From: Epiperipatus broadwayi
Taxonomy: Eukaryota; Animalia; Onychophora
DNA length: 64,000 bases
Assembly (NCBI GenBank): GCA_028023455.1
Contig: JAQFVV010000007.1
Coordinates: 8,308,001 to 8,372,000 of the forward strand
Direction of reading: 5' to 3'
Made by a program: the position numbers and the translations under genes. How positions within the stretch are numbered: the stretch's first letter is position 1; each line of letters begins with the position of its first letter. Shown piece by piece: positions 11,751-24,665 of the stretch. A model generated the notes under the pieces. That model searched no databases and was not told the DNA's origin. It worked only from the letters and a program-made list of their open reading frames with translations.

Positions 11751-13924
11751 TATAAAAATGGTCTGGACCCTTGTGTTCCAGTTCTAAGAAAGATAGCCAT
11801 ACCCAAACTAAAGAATGGGGTGGTTAGTCACCGTGAATCGATTTAAAAGATGTAGCAAAATGTAAACACATGTATGTGTATTATATAAAGACATACTCAG
11901 AATGCACATAAAAAGACCAATATGTATGCATATAATTAATTAACCATGCCTAAAACAGATAGCTTCTATCTGTCAAACTAACACAACCCAGTTCTTAGAC
12001 TAGTGTTATAATTGTGCTAATAAAAAGGACTTACATTATATTATAATCTAGCTAAAATCCTGAATCTGCATATATATATACAATCGTAATTAAGGAGGAA
12101 TGTATATTTGATGGGCCTTAATAAACATTAGCAAATATACTTTCATATCATCTCTAGCCAGCATATACTTTCTAACTAATAGATATCACAAGTCATAATA
12201 TATAAAAGACTGACTAAACAAACCTTGTAAAATGTAATGAAATTTATAATATATATATATCATGACAATAATGAGCGCATAGCAATTGTTTATTACGTAA
12301 TAATATTATTTCGAAACAGCAATTTAATACGCCAAGCAGTGTTCTTAAAATGTTTAAAGTGGAGATTTTAATTATACTCCGCCTCATCACTATCAACTGC
12401 ATGCATGAGTATGAAGCCATGGAGCTTTGAAAATGCTAAGCTTTAAATAAATTATTAATAAATATAACTTCCTTAACAAGCGTTAAAAGCACATAATTAT
12501 TGAAATTATCTCCATTGTAAGCTAGTTAATAATTATTCACTGTATTGAAAGATGGGAATATTATAACATATATATTAAATTTAAACAGAATAAGCATAAA
12601 TAAAATACTTAAAACAATAAAGTTAGGCATGACCACAGTTTTTAAAAATTTAAAATAACTGATTGCAGATATTTACATATTACAAAAAGTTAAGTTTAAT
12701 TTATAAAAGAATTCAGGCAAGTTTACAAGGTTAATTATAATGAGTTCATAGTTACTTTAAGAAATGAGATTGACAATAATGATTTACCATGTATAGATAA
12801 ATTTAGGCAAGTTTACCACAGTTTCTTTTACAAATGATTTAAATTAAAGAATTTTGAGAAATTATATAGCACGTTCTTTATAGTAAATAAGCTAGCTTAG
12901 AATATAAGTTTATAGATTAATTTATAGAATTCTGCAGTCTTTAAAAGAACATTACCGGTCTTCTTGGTAGTGGTTTGCAATGCAGGTACATCAAACAGTG
13001 GTATACTACTCAGAAGAGGTTTATGATCTCTTTATCTCTTCTTTTTGCAGCAGGCTTCTGGAAGATTTCCCCACTCTGCAATGATGGTCATGCTCGTAGG
13101 CATCCTGGGAGGAATGGAAAATCTCTGGGATAGAGGAACAGCTATCTGTGTTAACTAGCCAACCATGTTAAAGTCCAAGCTGGCACAGTACAACTCTCTA
13201 CAAAGTTTACAGAAAGAACCCTCCTGCAGTAAGAAATGTGCCTTATTTATTCATTTTTCAGATTAAGACCAGCTAGTCAGATGTTTAACTTAGAATTCCC
13301 CCCTCATAATTTTATAGCTCATATATTTAATTTCCCTGTCAATTTTTACTAAAGCCTGTTTCTTCAATTTTGATATTTTTAATTGCTTAAATTTTAATGG
13401 TTTTATTCTGGAAAATTGATTCACTACAATTGTAATGAGTTTGGAAAAAAATGATATTGATTTAGGCACCATTTAGATAACCTTGTCAATTGAAGGTTTG
13501 GCTTCTGGTTTTATTTCTGATTCACTCGATCAAAATTGAGAATTGCTCTAGCCTTTAATGACAGAGGACCATCTGTAGAGTAGCCATCTGCAAAATATCA
13601 CACATTCTTCACAATGTACATTCCTTTTAAATAAAACCAAAATATTATTTAGTGAACATTGACAAATATTTAGAAAAAGAAATATAAATGCTGTAATATA
13701 TGTACATAAATTGATATCACAGTAATTTATCCATGTATATCTGTGCATTAATACCTATATAACTGTGTTGATGCTTATATAATTGTGTTGATGCATATAT
13801 ACATGTACTGAAGGTATTTAAACCTGGCATAGATGTGACTGTGGGGAAAAATAGGTGAAACAGTTATGAGGGAAGGAGTATACTGTTTCAATATATACTA
13901 AAAAATGATGAAGAGATATGCAAG

Positions 13925-14120
13925 AGATTGGGATCTGAGCCAAATGATGAGTACTTGTTCAGTGTAAAATGTGCATCTTGGGAATCACATATCTTTTTCG
14001 CATCTTTGGTCTTATGTTTATATTTACACCCCACCTCAAGGAGTTAAGAGCAGATAGAAACCAGTCTCTATCTTGTGCAAAAATGGTGTAGCGAAAATTG
14101 CACAATGGAAATTTTATTGA
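13925..14120 (+). mobile_element. Hammerhead-bearing short repeat, subfamily B (degenerate)
   Basis: GAGCCAA-ATGATGA-GTAC-TTGTTCA-GTGT-AAAA-TGTGCA-TC-TTGG with the same downstream tail as 10500-10695. Confidence 0.55.
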
Positions 14121-14139
14121 CTACTATATCTGGATTATG

Positions 14140-14450
14140 AGTTATGGCATGAAATGTAAGTGTATTTTGCACTTTAATGAATGACAAAACAACTTGCTAA
14201 CATTAAATCATATTTTAAATTGAAAAAACTTTGACAAAAGCATTTGAAATGATTTAATTGGGTACATCAGTAAAACCATGACTAACAAGAGTGTTTTCAT
14301 GTGATTTGAAAAGTTTGGTGGTGGAAAAAAGATTATTAAAGATGACCCATAAAAATTCAAAACACACTGTACATTACATCTTAATCAATCTTGATCTAGA
14401 CATGTTAGTATTTTAACATTTCTGTGGTTTATAGCTAATCTAACAATATG
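14140..14450 (+). pseudogene. Mariner-type transposase N-terminal relic
   Basis: Broken translation NIKSYFKLKKTLTKAFEMI...RVF resembles the mariner N-terminal R.NIKFCFKLGK...ETFEM motif. Similar relics lie at ~27590-27900 and ~50770-50890. Confidence 0.5.
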
Positions 14451-15399
14451 TATTATATTTCTTAATTCAGAGAAATGTGTTGCAGACAGCTTGGAAAAAG
14501 ATACAATCATCTTTTCATTAAGATGTTCTGTATTTATTATATTTACATATGTAATGATATTTGTTAAATATAGCTTGGAGGTATGATGAGTTGCAGGCAA
14601 GTTGCATTTCTATTTATTGAAATAAATTAAGATTGGTTCCTTATGTTATGCTCAGTCAAGAATCTACCCAACAAACTTATGTATACCCCTCTCATCACTA
14701 TGCCAGTCTGTATTGTTTGGTACAGTGACAGGGTGCAGACTACTTGAGGTCCTTAAATTGCAACTCTACTCTTTTATCTCTGCTGTAGAAATTCTTATAA
14801 ATTTCTTAGAAAACAATTTGATTATTTATATTTACTACCACATCAAACTACAATTTGGCATAATAAATAATGCAGAACTTTAGAGCTAAAGGTTTTGAAT
14901 TAATGTTCAACTGTTACATATGATATTTAGTTATTGTGTGATCATCTGAGCAGTTAACATTTTGCTTATATATAAAATGATTAAAATTTAATCTACAAAT
15001 GCCAAATTTCTAGCAATTACCTCTATGAAAAGATTCTCTTTAGATTAATAATTTCATAATCATCATTAATCATTTATTTGGATGAAAATTATTATTATAT
15101 ACAGATAATACTTGTGAGGTCATTATTTATATACAAAAAGATCACATGATCACCATTTCTTTTACTAACACAACTGCTAAAACAATAGCAACTCTTTCCA
15201 TAGTGCTATCTAAAAGGATAGAAAATGATTGCTTGAGGTTTGCATTAAATCCAAAGATCTATGTGCAGTGCTCTTAGATCCAAAGATCCTCATCAATGAA
15301 GGCCAAGCTAAAAACTAGTCCAGGGTTAAAGATTCTGATCAATAATCCTATCATCCATTGATTAATATGGCTTGCACTAGATGGCACTATTATGTAGAA

Positions 15400-18244
15400 C
15401 AGTGTTTTTTAAATTGTGGGTCATCACCCCATTTGGGGTTGTAAAACTTTAATTCAGATACATGAGTTTAAAAAAAATATTAGTCACAATCCCTTCATTA
15501 TCTTTAATTTATTTCGTTTTCTGTACAGCACAATTATAAAATCATAATGATGGTCAAGTTGAGCTGTAAATTATATTTACATATTGAAAAATAACACTAA
15601 ATGCATCATAATAGTGGTGTTGCATTGCAATTTCAGCATATAAGTTATTTTAGAATCAAAATATATGCTGCAGTGGTGAGAATAAGATTGGCACCACTGT
15701 GATTATGCATTTCTGGTCAAGTTATTTGTTTCAGTTTCATTTCAACAAATGTCCACATTGCAAGAACAATACAATATTATATTTTATTGTTTACTTGACT
15801 AAGGTTAGTATTTATTTGAATATATATTATGAAAGATGTTACTTTTTATATATAAAAATGCTTGTATACTATTTTCTCTCACTTTTTTATTCAAAATTTA
15901 TCATCCTATTAGTTATAAAAATTTATTTTTTATTTGAAACTTATTATCATTTATTTATTAACAAGTAAAAACATATTCAGATTTTTTAAATTTAACAGGT
16001 AATTTATATTGGATTTATTGATATTTTTTAAATATTAAAAAATAAAACACACAGGGATATTAGAAAATAGAACATATGGGAATAAATATGCTTGTATAAT
16101 TAAAAAAACATGGCTAACACTTGGTGTCTCTGCTAACTAATAAGTACTGTTACTTTATTTATATTTTAAAATAAAAATACTTTTTACCCATGGATAAATG
16201 GTGGAACTTAAGTACCAAAGGTAATGATGCAGATGGCAATCCTAAAAAGTCTCTTCAAGCAGAATCTCATAATCAGAAAGAGAAATCTAAGATGCAAAAA
16301 AAGAAAATATGATGAGACATTTCTCCAATTTGGCTTTACTTTCAACAACTGTGATGGTAATGAACAACCTCTTTGTTTAATTTTTAATAATTTTTTGTCT
16401 ATGGAGAATATGAAACCATCAAAATTAAAAAGGCATTTTGAAGCCAAGCATCCTTCATATGTCAATAAACCAAAAGAATGTTTCAAATGACTGTTAAAAA
16501 CTTGAAATAAAGAAAAACAATATTTGAGAAATTTATAATAGTTAATGAAACATATTTATTCACATCATATGATCTGATTGCTAAAAATAAAAAGCCATAC
16601 ACCATTGGATAAAATTTTATATTAACTGCTGCTATTAAAATGGTAGAAATCCTTCATAGAAGTAAATATGGTGATGAAATTTGGAAAATTCCTTTGTCAA
16701 ATGACACTGTCACTAATAGAATTTCTGAAATTAGCAATGACCAATTTGAACAACTTATTACTAGACTTAAAAAAAGCCCAATATTTACAATTCAGTTGGA
16801 TGAAACAACTGATATTTCAAAAATAGCTAAATTATTATTATATATCAGATATATTTATAAAAAAAACATTGAGGACAAATTGTTATTTTGTCATTCTTTG
16901 GAAGAACATACAAGAGGGGAAGACATATATAATAAAGTAGATAAAAATTTTAAAAGTGAAGGTTTAGAATGGAAAATTTGCTTTGGAGTATGCACAGATA
17001 GTGTAAAAGCAATGACTGGTGAAAAGATTGGTCTTAAATCATTTGTTAAAGCTTCTGGCAATAATCATGTAACTTTTACACACTGCCTGATCCATCGAGG
17101 CCTTTCCAGCAAAAAAATTAACAATGGAATTGAATGATGTGCTTCAGGATGCTGTCACAATTACAAACTTTATTAAAGGCTGTGCCCTTAACAGCCGTTT
17201 ATTTTCAAATCTTTATAAAGACATGGATTTGGAATACAAAAATTTATTATTACATGAAGAAGTAAGATTGATGTTAAGAGGGTAAAGTTTAAGAAGATTA
17301 TTGTTACTAAAAGAAGAAATTATTGTATTCTTAACTGAACAAAATTCTGATCTTGCTGCTCTTTTTCAAAATGACTTATGGCTATCAACACTGTGCTATT
17401 TGTCTGATATTTTTAAGAAGCTAAATGATCCTTAACTTGTCTCTTCAATGAAAAAATAGCAATATTTTTACTTTGAATGATAAAATTGAAGGTTTTAATA
17501 AAAAGATCAATATTTGAAAGAATAGGTGATTCATTGGAAATGTTTTTGACAATTGATAATTTTATAATTGAAAAAAATATTTGTAAAACTTTAATTGGAA
17601 AAATTATTATAGATCGCTTAAACATCCTAGAAACACAGTTTTGCAAATACTTTATATCGAATTTAGATTTCAAAATGTTATCTTGGATTCAAAGACCATT
17701 TTTGATTAACATTAATGAGATTAATCACCTGCCATATAAAGCCCAAGAGGAATTTGCTGAGTTATCGAGTGACTCAAACTTAAATCTTGACTTTCCACAA
17801 AAATCCTTGAGTGAATTCTGGATCAGGGCTAGGATTGAATTTCCCACAATTTCTGAAATGACATTAAATGTTCTTTTGCTATTCAGCACCACATGCCTAT
17901 GCGAAATAACTTTTTCAGCTTTAATGTATATTAAATCCAAATATCATTCAATGCTGAAAAATGTTGAAGATGCTTTATGTCCAGCAGTATCAAATATTTC
18001 ATCAATATTTAATTTGGTATACAGAAAAAAAAACAAGCACATCCACCATTTTCCTTCATTAATTTTTGTATACTTAAAACAAATCCTAAAACTACTTATT
18101 TTCATATGTATATAGTTTACCAAAGAAATAAATTAATTATCGGAATATTTATTTTTATATCTATTTTGAATTTAATATCTGGTGTCATGAAAAAATCTGG
18201 ATGATAAAAAGAGGTCATGAATGAAAAAAGTTTAAAAAGTGCTG
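15400..18244 (+). mobile_element. Full-length decayed hAT DNA transposon, Buster/Charlie type
   Basis: Left end CAGTGTTTTTTAAA, right end TTTAAAAAGTGCTG (imperfect TIR). The 8-bp TSD is ATGTAGAA (15392-15399) / ATGTAGAG (18245-18252), with TA at positions 4-5 as typical of Buster elements. A transposase relic lies inside. Confidence 0.88.
16190..18050 (+). pseudogene. hAT (ZBED5/SCAND3/Buster-like) transposase pseudogene
   Basis: Starts MDKW. Motifs: BED-finger region KRKYDETFLQFGF...PLCLI...MKPSKLKRHFEAKH, LSNDTVTNRISEIS, FTIQLDETTDIS, GVCTDSVKAMTG, THCLIHR, and the C-terminal LLLFSTTCLCEITFSALMYIKSKY. Several stops and frameshifts. Confidence 0.92.
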
Positions 18245-18885
18245 ATGTAGAGTTACTGTCTTGGTTATTAACCACATGGTGGAATAAAAGTTCTAAATAT
18301 ATTTTTAACATATTAAATTGCCTTGTATGGTTTGGTGTAGTAGTAAAGGAGTTCAAGGTGTATAGATCATGGCCCACATCTCTCTCTCTTCAAAGATTCA
18401 AATTTTAGGTAAATTTTTAAGCAGTAAAATGTTTGATTATTTTTTTAATACTAAATGAGTCATTTAATTGTGCATTTCTAGTATCTGAATAAATCAAATA
18501 TTATATTACATACTGATCATTATTTATTTCATGAATTGCATGTAAAATAATATGCATGCATTAAATAACATGAGGGATACCATTGTTTATTATATAGATA
18601 GAAATTTAACATGTTAAGTTAAATTAGGCTAAGGGAAACGGAAACATTAGCAAACTATCACTAATGATAATCAAGGGCTATTACTCAATCATAATCTTAC
18701 TATTTAATGATTGCTCCCGTTTGTTCCCAGACAAAGAACATATATATATACCATAATTCATTTAAATTCTCAGGATTATTCATGCAAGAATATTAAAGGA
18801 GCACCAGTGTTAAGACATAATAACATTTGCTTTCAACTTGATAGATTATTCATGTTACATGGCAATTACAAAGACATAGACAACT

Positions 18886-18919
<34 letters not shown>

Positions 18920-20358
18920 AGCTGGCTATAGCAAAGGATATTAATCTTCAATTTTATATTAGCATTTTTAAAATTTTTGTACTTTTATTCCAGTTGTTTT
19001 TTTTATTATATATATATATGATTAAATCACCATTAAAATTCATGCTCAAACTTTAATTTCAAGTTAATTGTTGCTACTCTATTTAAATAGAAACTACGTT
19101 TCTATTTTTGATGTTATTTTAGCTTTTTCGTCAAATATTGCTATATTATATAACATTTGACGTTTCTGTAAATTTCTATAGAGGGTGTAAATAAAATAAC
19201 TTTAGTAGATCACATACCCACACACATATATTTAATCGAAAAACTTCTATTGTCAAAATAAAATTGCAAAGCAGTGTTTTAAATTATTGCATTAATTACA
19301 GCCATAAATAAATTTTGTGCCAATATAAATATTCTGTATTATATAATGTTATATTGTTGCTAATAATGTAAATATGCATATATTTTTTCAAAAAAGATTT
19401 CAGTATATATAAATTACAAATAGTAAAATTAATGTTTATTTTAAATTTTCAACAGATTGATTCCAATTGGTCATTTTGGCAGAACTGATTTTATTACCCC
19501 AAATATTTGATTCTACTATCAATTAAATCACATTTTCTTTTCTTTTGTGATTTCTTTACTTACCTGAAATATTCAATTTCTCTTTGCCTATCTCAAATAA
19601 ATAAAATAACAAGCATTTATACTTGGGAGGTCATGGTTCTTGGGGTGACAAAGTTGAGATATGATTCTACAGGTTTTAGCTCTCCATTGATTTATCATTA
19701 CCCAAATCTTTTGGGTCTTGTTTTGTTAATACCAACAAAACATTAAATAAAATTATTTACTTAGATTTGATGTATGTTTTGGATGCAATAATTTATTCTT
19801 TTACTGTACTCCAGAGATATCTATTATGAGCTAGCATAATCAATGGGCATGATATCAAGTGTTATTACATCCACATCAAATTAGTTCCTGGAGATCATCT
19901 CCAATAAAAAGCTTTGGATTAAATATACTTACCTATCTAGAAGCCATTGTAAACTCCTATACAATACTGTAATTATTCAACATTACATTATATGAATTTT
20001 GAGCATAAGTTAGATGACTGATCTTAAAAATACACATTAAATGTAATGCACAGGAAACATAAAACTTAAGTCACTAAAATATATAATTTCTGGCATAAAG
20101 TCAAAATAGATATTTAATTAAACTTGCAAATTTGTTTGGATTCAAAACCTTTGCATGTTGTTAAATTTAAGGCTATCAGCTTTATAATAATGTGTAGGTA
20201 TGTAATATGCTTCAAACTTGTGAGAAGGCCATAATTCAGAGTCTGTGTTGTTGACTTAGCAGCACTATCAACTACTATCCATTGATTACTCAAGCCTTGT
20301 AACAAATAAACTTAAAACAAATTTCACATGACCACTATTTTTTTGGCTTACGCAAGCT

Positions 20359-20536
20359 GTTTATAACAGTAACAAACTCTCCACAGAGTAGTACCACCCA
20401 GTGCAAACCACAGTTATAAATGAATTCCAGAAGGTTTGTGGACAGGGATTTTATGCATAGACCTTCTGGAAGCCATTGATTACTCAGGTTCACACTGGGT
20501 GGCACTACTCTATGCAGAGTTTACTGATACTAAAAC
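20359..20536. repeat. Imperfect hairpin / MITE-like element with ~80-bp arms and short loop
   Basis: AAACTCTCCACAGAGTAGTACCACCCAGTG...TTCCAGAAGGT pairs with ACCTTCTGGAA...CACTGGGTGGCACTACTCTATGCAGAGTTT at about 80% identity. Confidence 0.75.
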
Positions 20537-20798
20537 ATATCCAATGTTAATATTTCTACAAGCTCTATAATGTTCTGAAAATATAATAAAAGAATCACAT
20601 AATCAATCAGATAGTTTTCCATATAACATTATTATGTTTAATGTTATATAATTCAATTCAATTATATATTCAGAGAAAAATTTGAACATATTAAATATAG
20701 CTTTCTTGGATTTAAAGTGCTGTGTGTTCTTTTCAAAGACAACAAAAATATGAATGAAAATTATATTCAATATTTTCTATAGACAATTGAAATCATAA

Positions 20799-20973
20799 GC
20801 TAGATTCCAAGAGATTGTAAGAGACCCAGAAAGAGATCACATGTGAGATGGATTGATGAAATAAAAAAGTGTGCAGGGTGACATAGGGAAGAAATGCTAA
20901 AGATTGGAGATGTTTGAACTTGGAGAGACCTTTATCTTGCAGTGGATTGATAATGGTTGATGAAGATGATGAT
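20799..20973 (+). mobile_element. RTE-clade LINE 3' end fragment
   Basis: Translates as PRDCKRPRKRSHVRWIDEIKK...ETFILQWIDNG*, the RTE ORF C-terminus, with a (GAT)n tail. A second copy lies at 26066-26244. Confidence 0.8.
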
Positions 20974-21382
20974 TACTGTCCTTAATTTATATTTCAATAA
21001 CAGTATTATCATAGTTATTTATGAATTTAATATCATAAAGTACATCTGTATTGTCATGTAAAATGAATGTGTGGTATAAATTTTCTAGAAAAACTATTTT
21101 ATGGTGAACCTGAACAGTTTTCATGGAAGAGGCGGACTCATTTACATTATAATCTTCAAAGGCATTTTAAAGATGTCAGTCTTAATTGATTTCATTGGAT
21201 GGAGAACTATGACTAGCCAAAGTGTTGAAATCTTTCAGAAAGAAAAAACTGTAAAACTTAAAAAAATTACCATTGCAAAATATCAAATAGACTACACCTT
21301 GGTCTCATTTTATGCGATAGATAGGTTCCTCAGAAAACACATGCAAACAAAATCATGCAAAAATAGATGTAACTTACATTAA

Positions 21383-22362
21383 AAAAGGGGGGATGCGGTC
21401 TGTGATTTTTCAAACTTCGCGTAAATGCAAAGCACCAATGTAAAATTACTTTAAAATTCGCGCAAAAAAAAATAAGGAAATAAAATATGACTAATAAAAA
21501 ATTTCAAATTTGAAAAAAATTGATACAAGACAAACTTTTTTTAACTATAATATTTAATTTTATTCGAAATAATATATTTTTATACATAATTTTCAGTACA
21601 GTAATTTACATTTTTTTATACACGTTTTAATTATTATCGCTATTTGCGAAAAACACGTTCGTTTGCAAACTGAGGAAATACAACTAGTGCCAACTTCACA
21701 CTCATGTTGTGTCAATGGTTTTCTGGTGACAACATAATTAGTAATTAATCTTTGAGACAATGATTTTATTAATTGTTTATGAAACTAACAACAACAAATT
21801 AAATTCTTATTTTTGTCTTTAATTTTCAATTCCGTTTAAAAATCAATTTTCGCATCACATTAATTTCAAGTCACCAAGTAATTTTTAAATTGTTAATTAC
21901 AATTAAAAATCAGATTTTAATTTTTAATTGTCAAATTTAATTGTGCCCACTGCTATTACTCACCTTTTAAAAATAAACTTGTGGACACTAAATGATTAAT
22001 ACTGTAATTGATTACGTTCTTTTTTAAAAAGCAAAAACAGAATGTGATTTAAAATGCAAAATTAACACGCACAATGTTTGAACAAATTTACATTATAATC
22101 TTGTAAAATTTAATGTGTGTATACATAAAATGTGGAAATCATGATTTTAATTTCATTATTGCATAAAATCTTACTATTATAAAGCACTGAAAATATTGAA
22201 ATTACTAAGATGAAAGTCGAATTCCAATAATATGCTACTACTTTCAATATAATGTAAGTGCGTGAAATTTATTATTTAAAGTAATAGCGCATTATTTTAG
22301 TTCGACTTCCAATGAAACATGAATCGCGTAACTTCAAAATCATGTTAAATAAGTCCGCATAA
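21383..22362. mobile_element. Possible non-autonomous DNA transposon (unclassified, CpG-retaining ~1 kb segment)
   Basis: Locally retains CpGs. Starts TTAA|AAAAGGGGGGATGCGG and has a weak inverted match (...AGTCCGCAT) near 22350. Confidence 0.25.
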
Positions 22363-23289
22363 AAAGAGACCCAGATGTATATGGCTATTTATGGATATAT
22401 TTATATTTTATGGATTGAATAGTCTGTCACATAACACAACCCTAACTGGCTGTTTTTGCTTTTCTTTTTTCAAAAATGTTTCTATTTAATTTGGACATTC
22501 TGTTTGATTATTTAGCCAAAATCTTGTAACAACTTTTTTAGCATACTTCTATTGAATGAATTTGTTTCAAATATTGCACCATTGTTAGATATCAAGACAA
22601 TATTTCAGAGTTGGTCAGCTGTTTGTCCAGTGTTGGTCCGCTGAATTCTAAACCACTATGATATCAATTTAATAACGTTTTAGTAATGCACTCTAGATGG
22701 ATGAAATACTTTTTAAAAATATCTTTGCCAAAAAGCATTTGCAGTTAATTAAATTAGAAATAAATAAGTATGAGTTTTTAATTTCTCTTGATTGTTGAAC
22801 TAAAATTTCTTTTTTTAAAGTGTTGCCTTCACAAAAGAAAATATATATATATATAAATGATTTTTAGCACTCACATTTCATTTCAAATACTTGAAATATC
22901 ATGACATAGTTTTAATTGCCACTTTTTAAATTTGAATACAAAAGTTCATTTCAAATATTTCAATACTAACAAATAAAAAATAATATATATATATATATAT
23001 ATATATCATTTTATAATAAATGCTTTGATTTAATTTGATCATTAACTTTTGACATGCACTGTATGGTCATTTTCATATGTGGCTTTACCACCTCACTCTC
23101 AAACCGCTATTTTTAATGTTATTTTGCTGATTTAATGGTTATTTTATTGAGAAAATTGTATTGAATTATGCCACCACCTTTAGAATATATTTACAACTAA
23201 CAATAATTGAATTTAATGGTCTAATAATGATATAAGCACTGTCTTTTAAGATGCTGATTGGTTACTTTGTTCACCAGAAATCATCGGTC

Positions 23290-23920
23290 AATGGTGGAAT
23301 GATTGTGTTGGGAGAATTGTTGAGTGTTATAGTGGTAAGAAATGAGATAGAAGAATAGATGCATTAATAAAAAATAGGCACTAGGAGAGATGGAGAGCTA
23401 GTATGAAGAGTAAAAAGAGTTTAAATATATATAAAAGTAAACAGAATATTAGGTGTGAGTTACTTTATGATAATAGCAAAAAAAGTAGTTTACTGGTTAA
23501 GTCTCAAATGGGATCTTAAGCAACAAGGCATTATACACATAAATGGAAAAACATGGGTGATTTAGTCTGCAAGTTGTGCAAGGAAGGCAAAATATTAGGC
23601 ATCTATTAATTGAATGTAAATGCTTGAGAGCAAAACGGGTACAAATAATAATGTTATGGAAGAATAAATATAAGAAAAGTGATTATACAGAATGTGGGTT
23701 ATTGATTTTTATGCTGGGTTTGGGAAAAGATACAGGGAAATTAGATATATAAAGACCGCATTGACAAAGATTATGTTGTAGAAATGGCATGGAGCAGGAT
23801 ATGGAAAAACATAGGGTGGGGAATGGAAAGGTATAGCGGCTAACAGGTTTCTATGGACATAGTTGCTGAGAGATTACTGACTCCATATAAGGAGAAGTCA
23901 CAGTGCATCACATCACATAG
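23290..23920 (+). mobile_element. (CATCA)n-tailed LINE 3' fragment, first of a tandem pair
   Basis: Encodes broken SMKSKKSLNIYKSKQNIRCE...CKLCKEG...HLLIECKC (C-terminal CCHC motif). Ends GTGCATCACATCACAT. Confidence 0.85.
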
Positions 23921-24665
23921 CCAAAATAGTATTTAATTGGGTTATGAATAAAGGGCAGGCAACAAGATGGATGAGAAAGGTAATATGGTATGCAGATTTG
24001 GATAAAGAATTTATATCAGTATACTTGTACAAATGGTGGGATGATTGTGTTAGGAGGATTGTTGAGTGTTATAGTGGTAAAGAATGGGATAGAATAGATG
24101 CATTAATAAAAAATAGGGACTAGGAGAGATGGAGAGCTAGTATGAAGAATAAACCGAGTTTAAATATATATAAAAGTAAACATAATATTAGGTGTGAGAT
24201 AATTTATGATAATAACAAGGAAAGTAGTTTATTGTTTATGGCTCAAACAAGATCTTTAGCAATCAGAGAATATGCACATAAATGAAAAAATATGGCTGAT
24301 TTAGTCTGCACATTGTGTAAGGAAGGTATAGAAAATATTAAGCATCTGTCAAATCAATGTAAATTCTTGAAAGCAGAAAGGGTACAAATAATGATGTTAT
24401 GGAAGAATAAATAAAAACAAAGTGATTATACAGAAAATTGTTTATTGGTTTTGTATGCTGGGTTTGGAAAAAGATAAAGCGGATTTAGATATGAAGGCCA
24501 TGGAGTTGGCAAAGATTGTGTTGTGGAAATGGGATGGAGCAGGAATTGGGAAAACTTAGGGTGTAGAGTGTAAAGAGAAAGTAAAGTGACTAACATGTTT
24601 CTCTGGACATAGTTGCTGAGAGATTCCTGACTCCATATAAGAAGTCACAGTGCATCACATCACAT
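23921..24665 (+). mobile_element. (CATCA)n-tailed LINE 3' fragment, second of the tandem pair
   Basis: Begins immediately after the first copy's tail with CCAAAATAGTATTTAATTGGGTTATG, which matches the reverse complement of ~30070-30090. Ends GTGCATCACATCACAT. Confidence 0.85.

Noticed and set aside
13051-13228. Candidate plus-strand exon with strong acceptor and donor
   Set aside because: Stop codons in all three frames.
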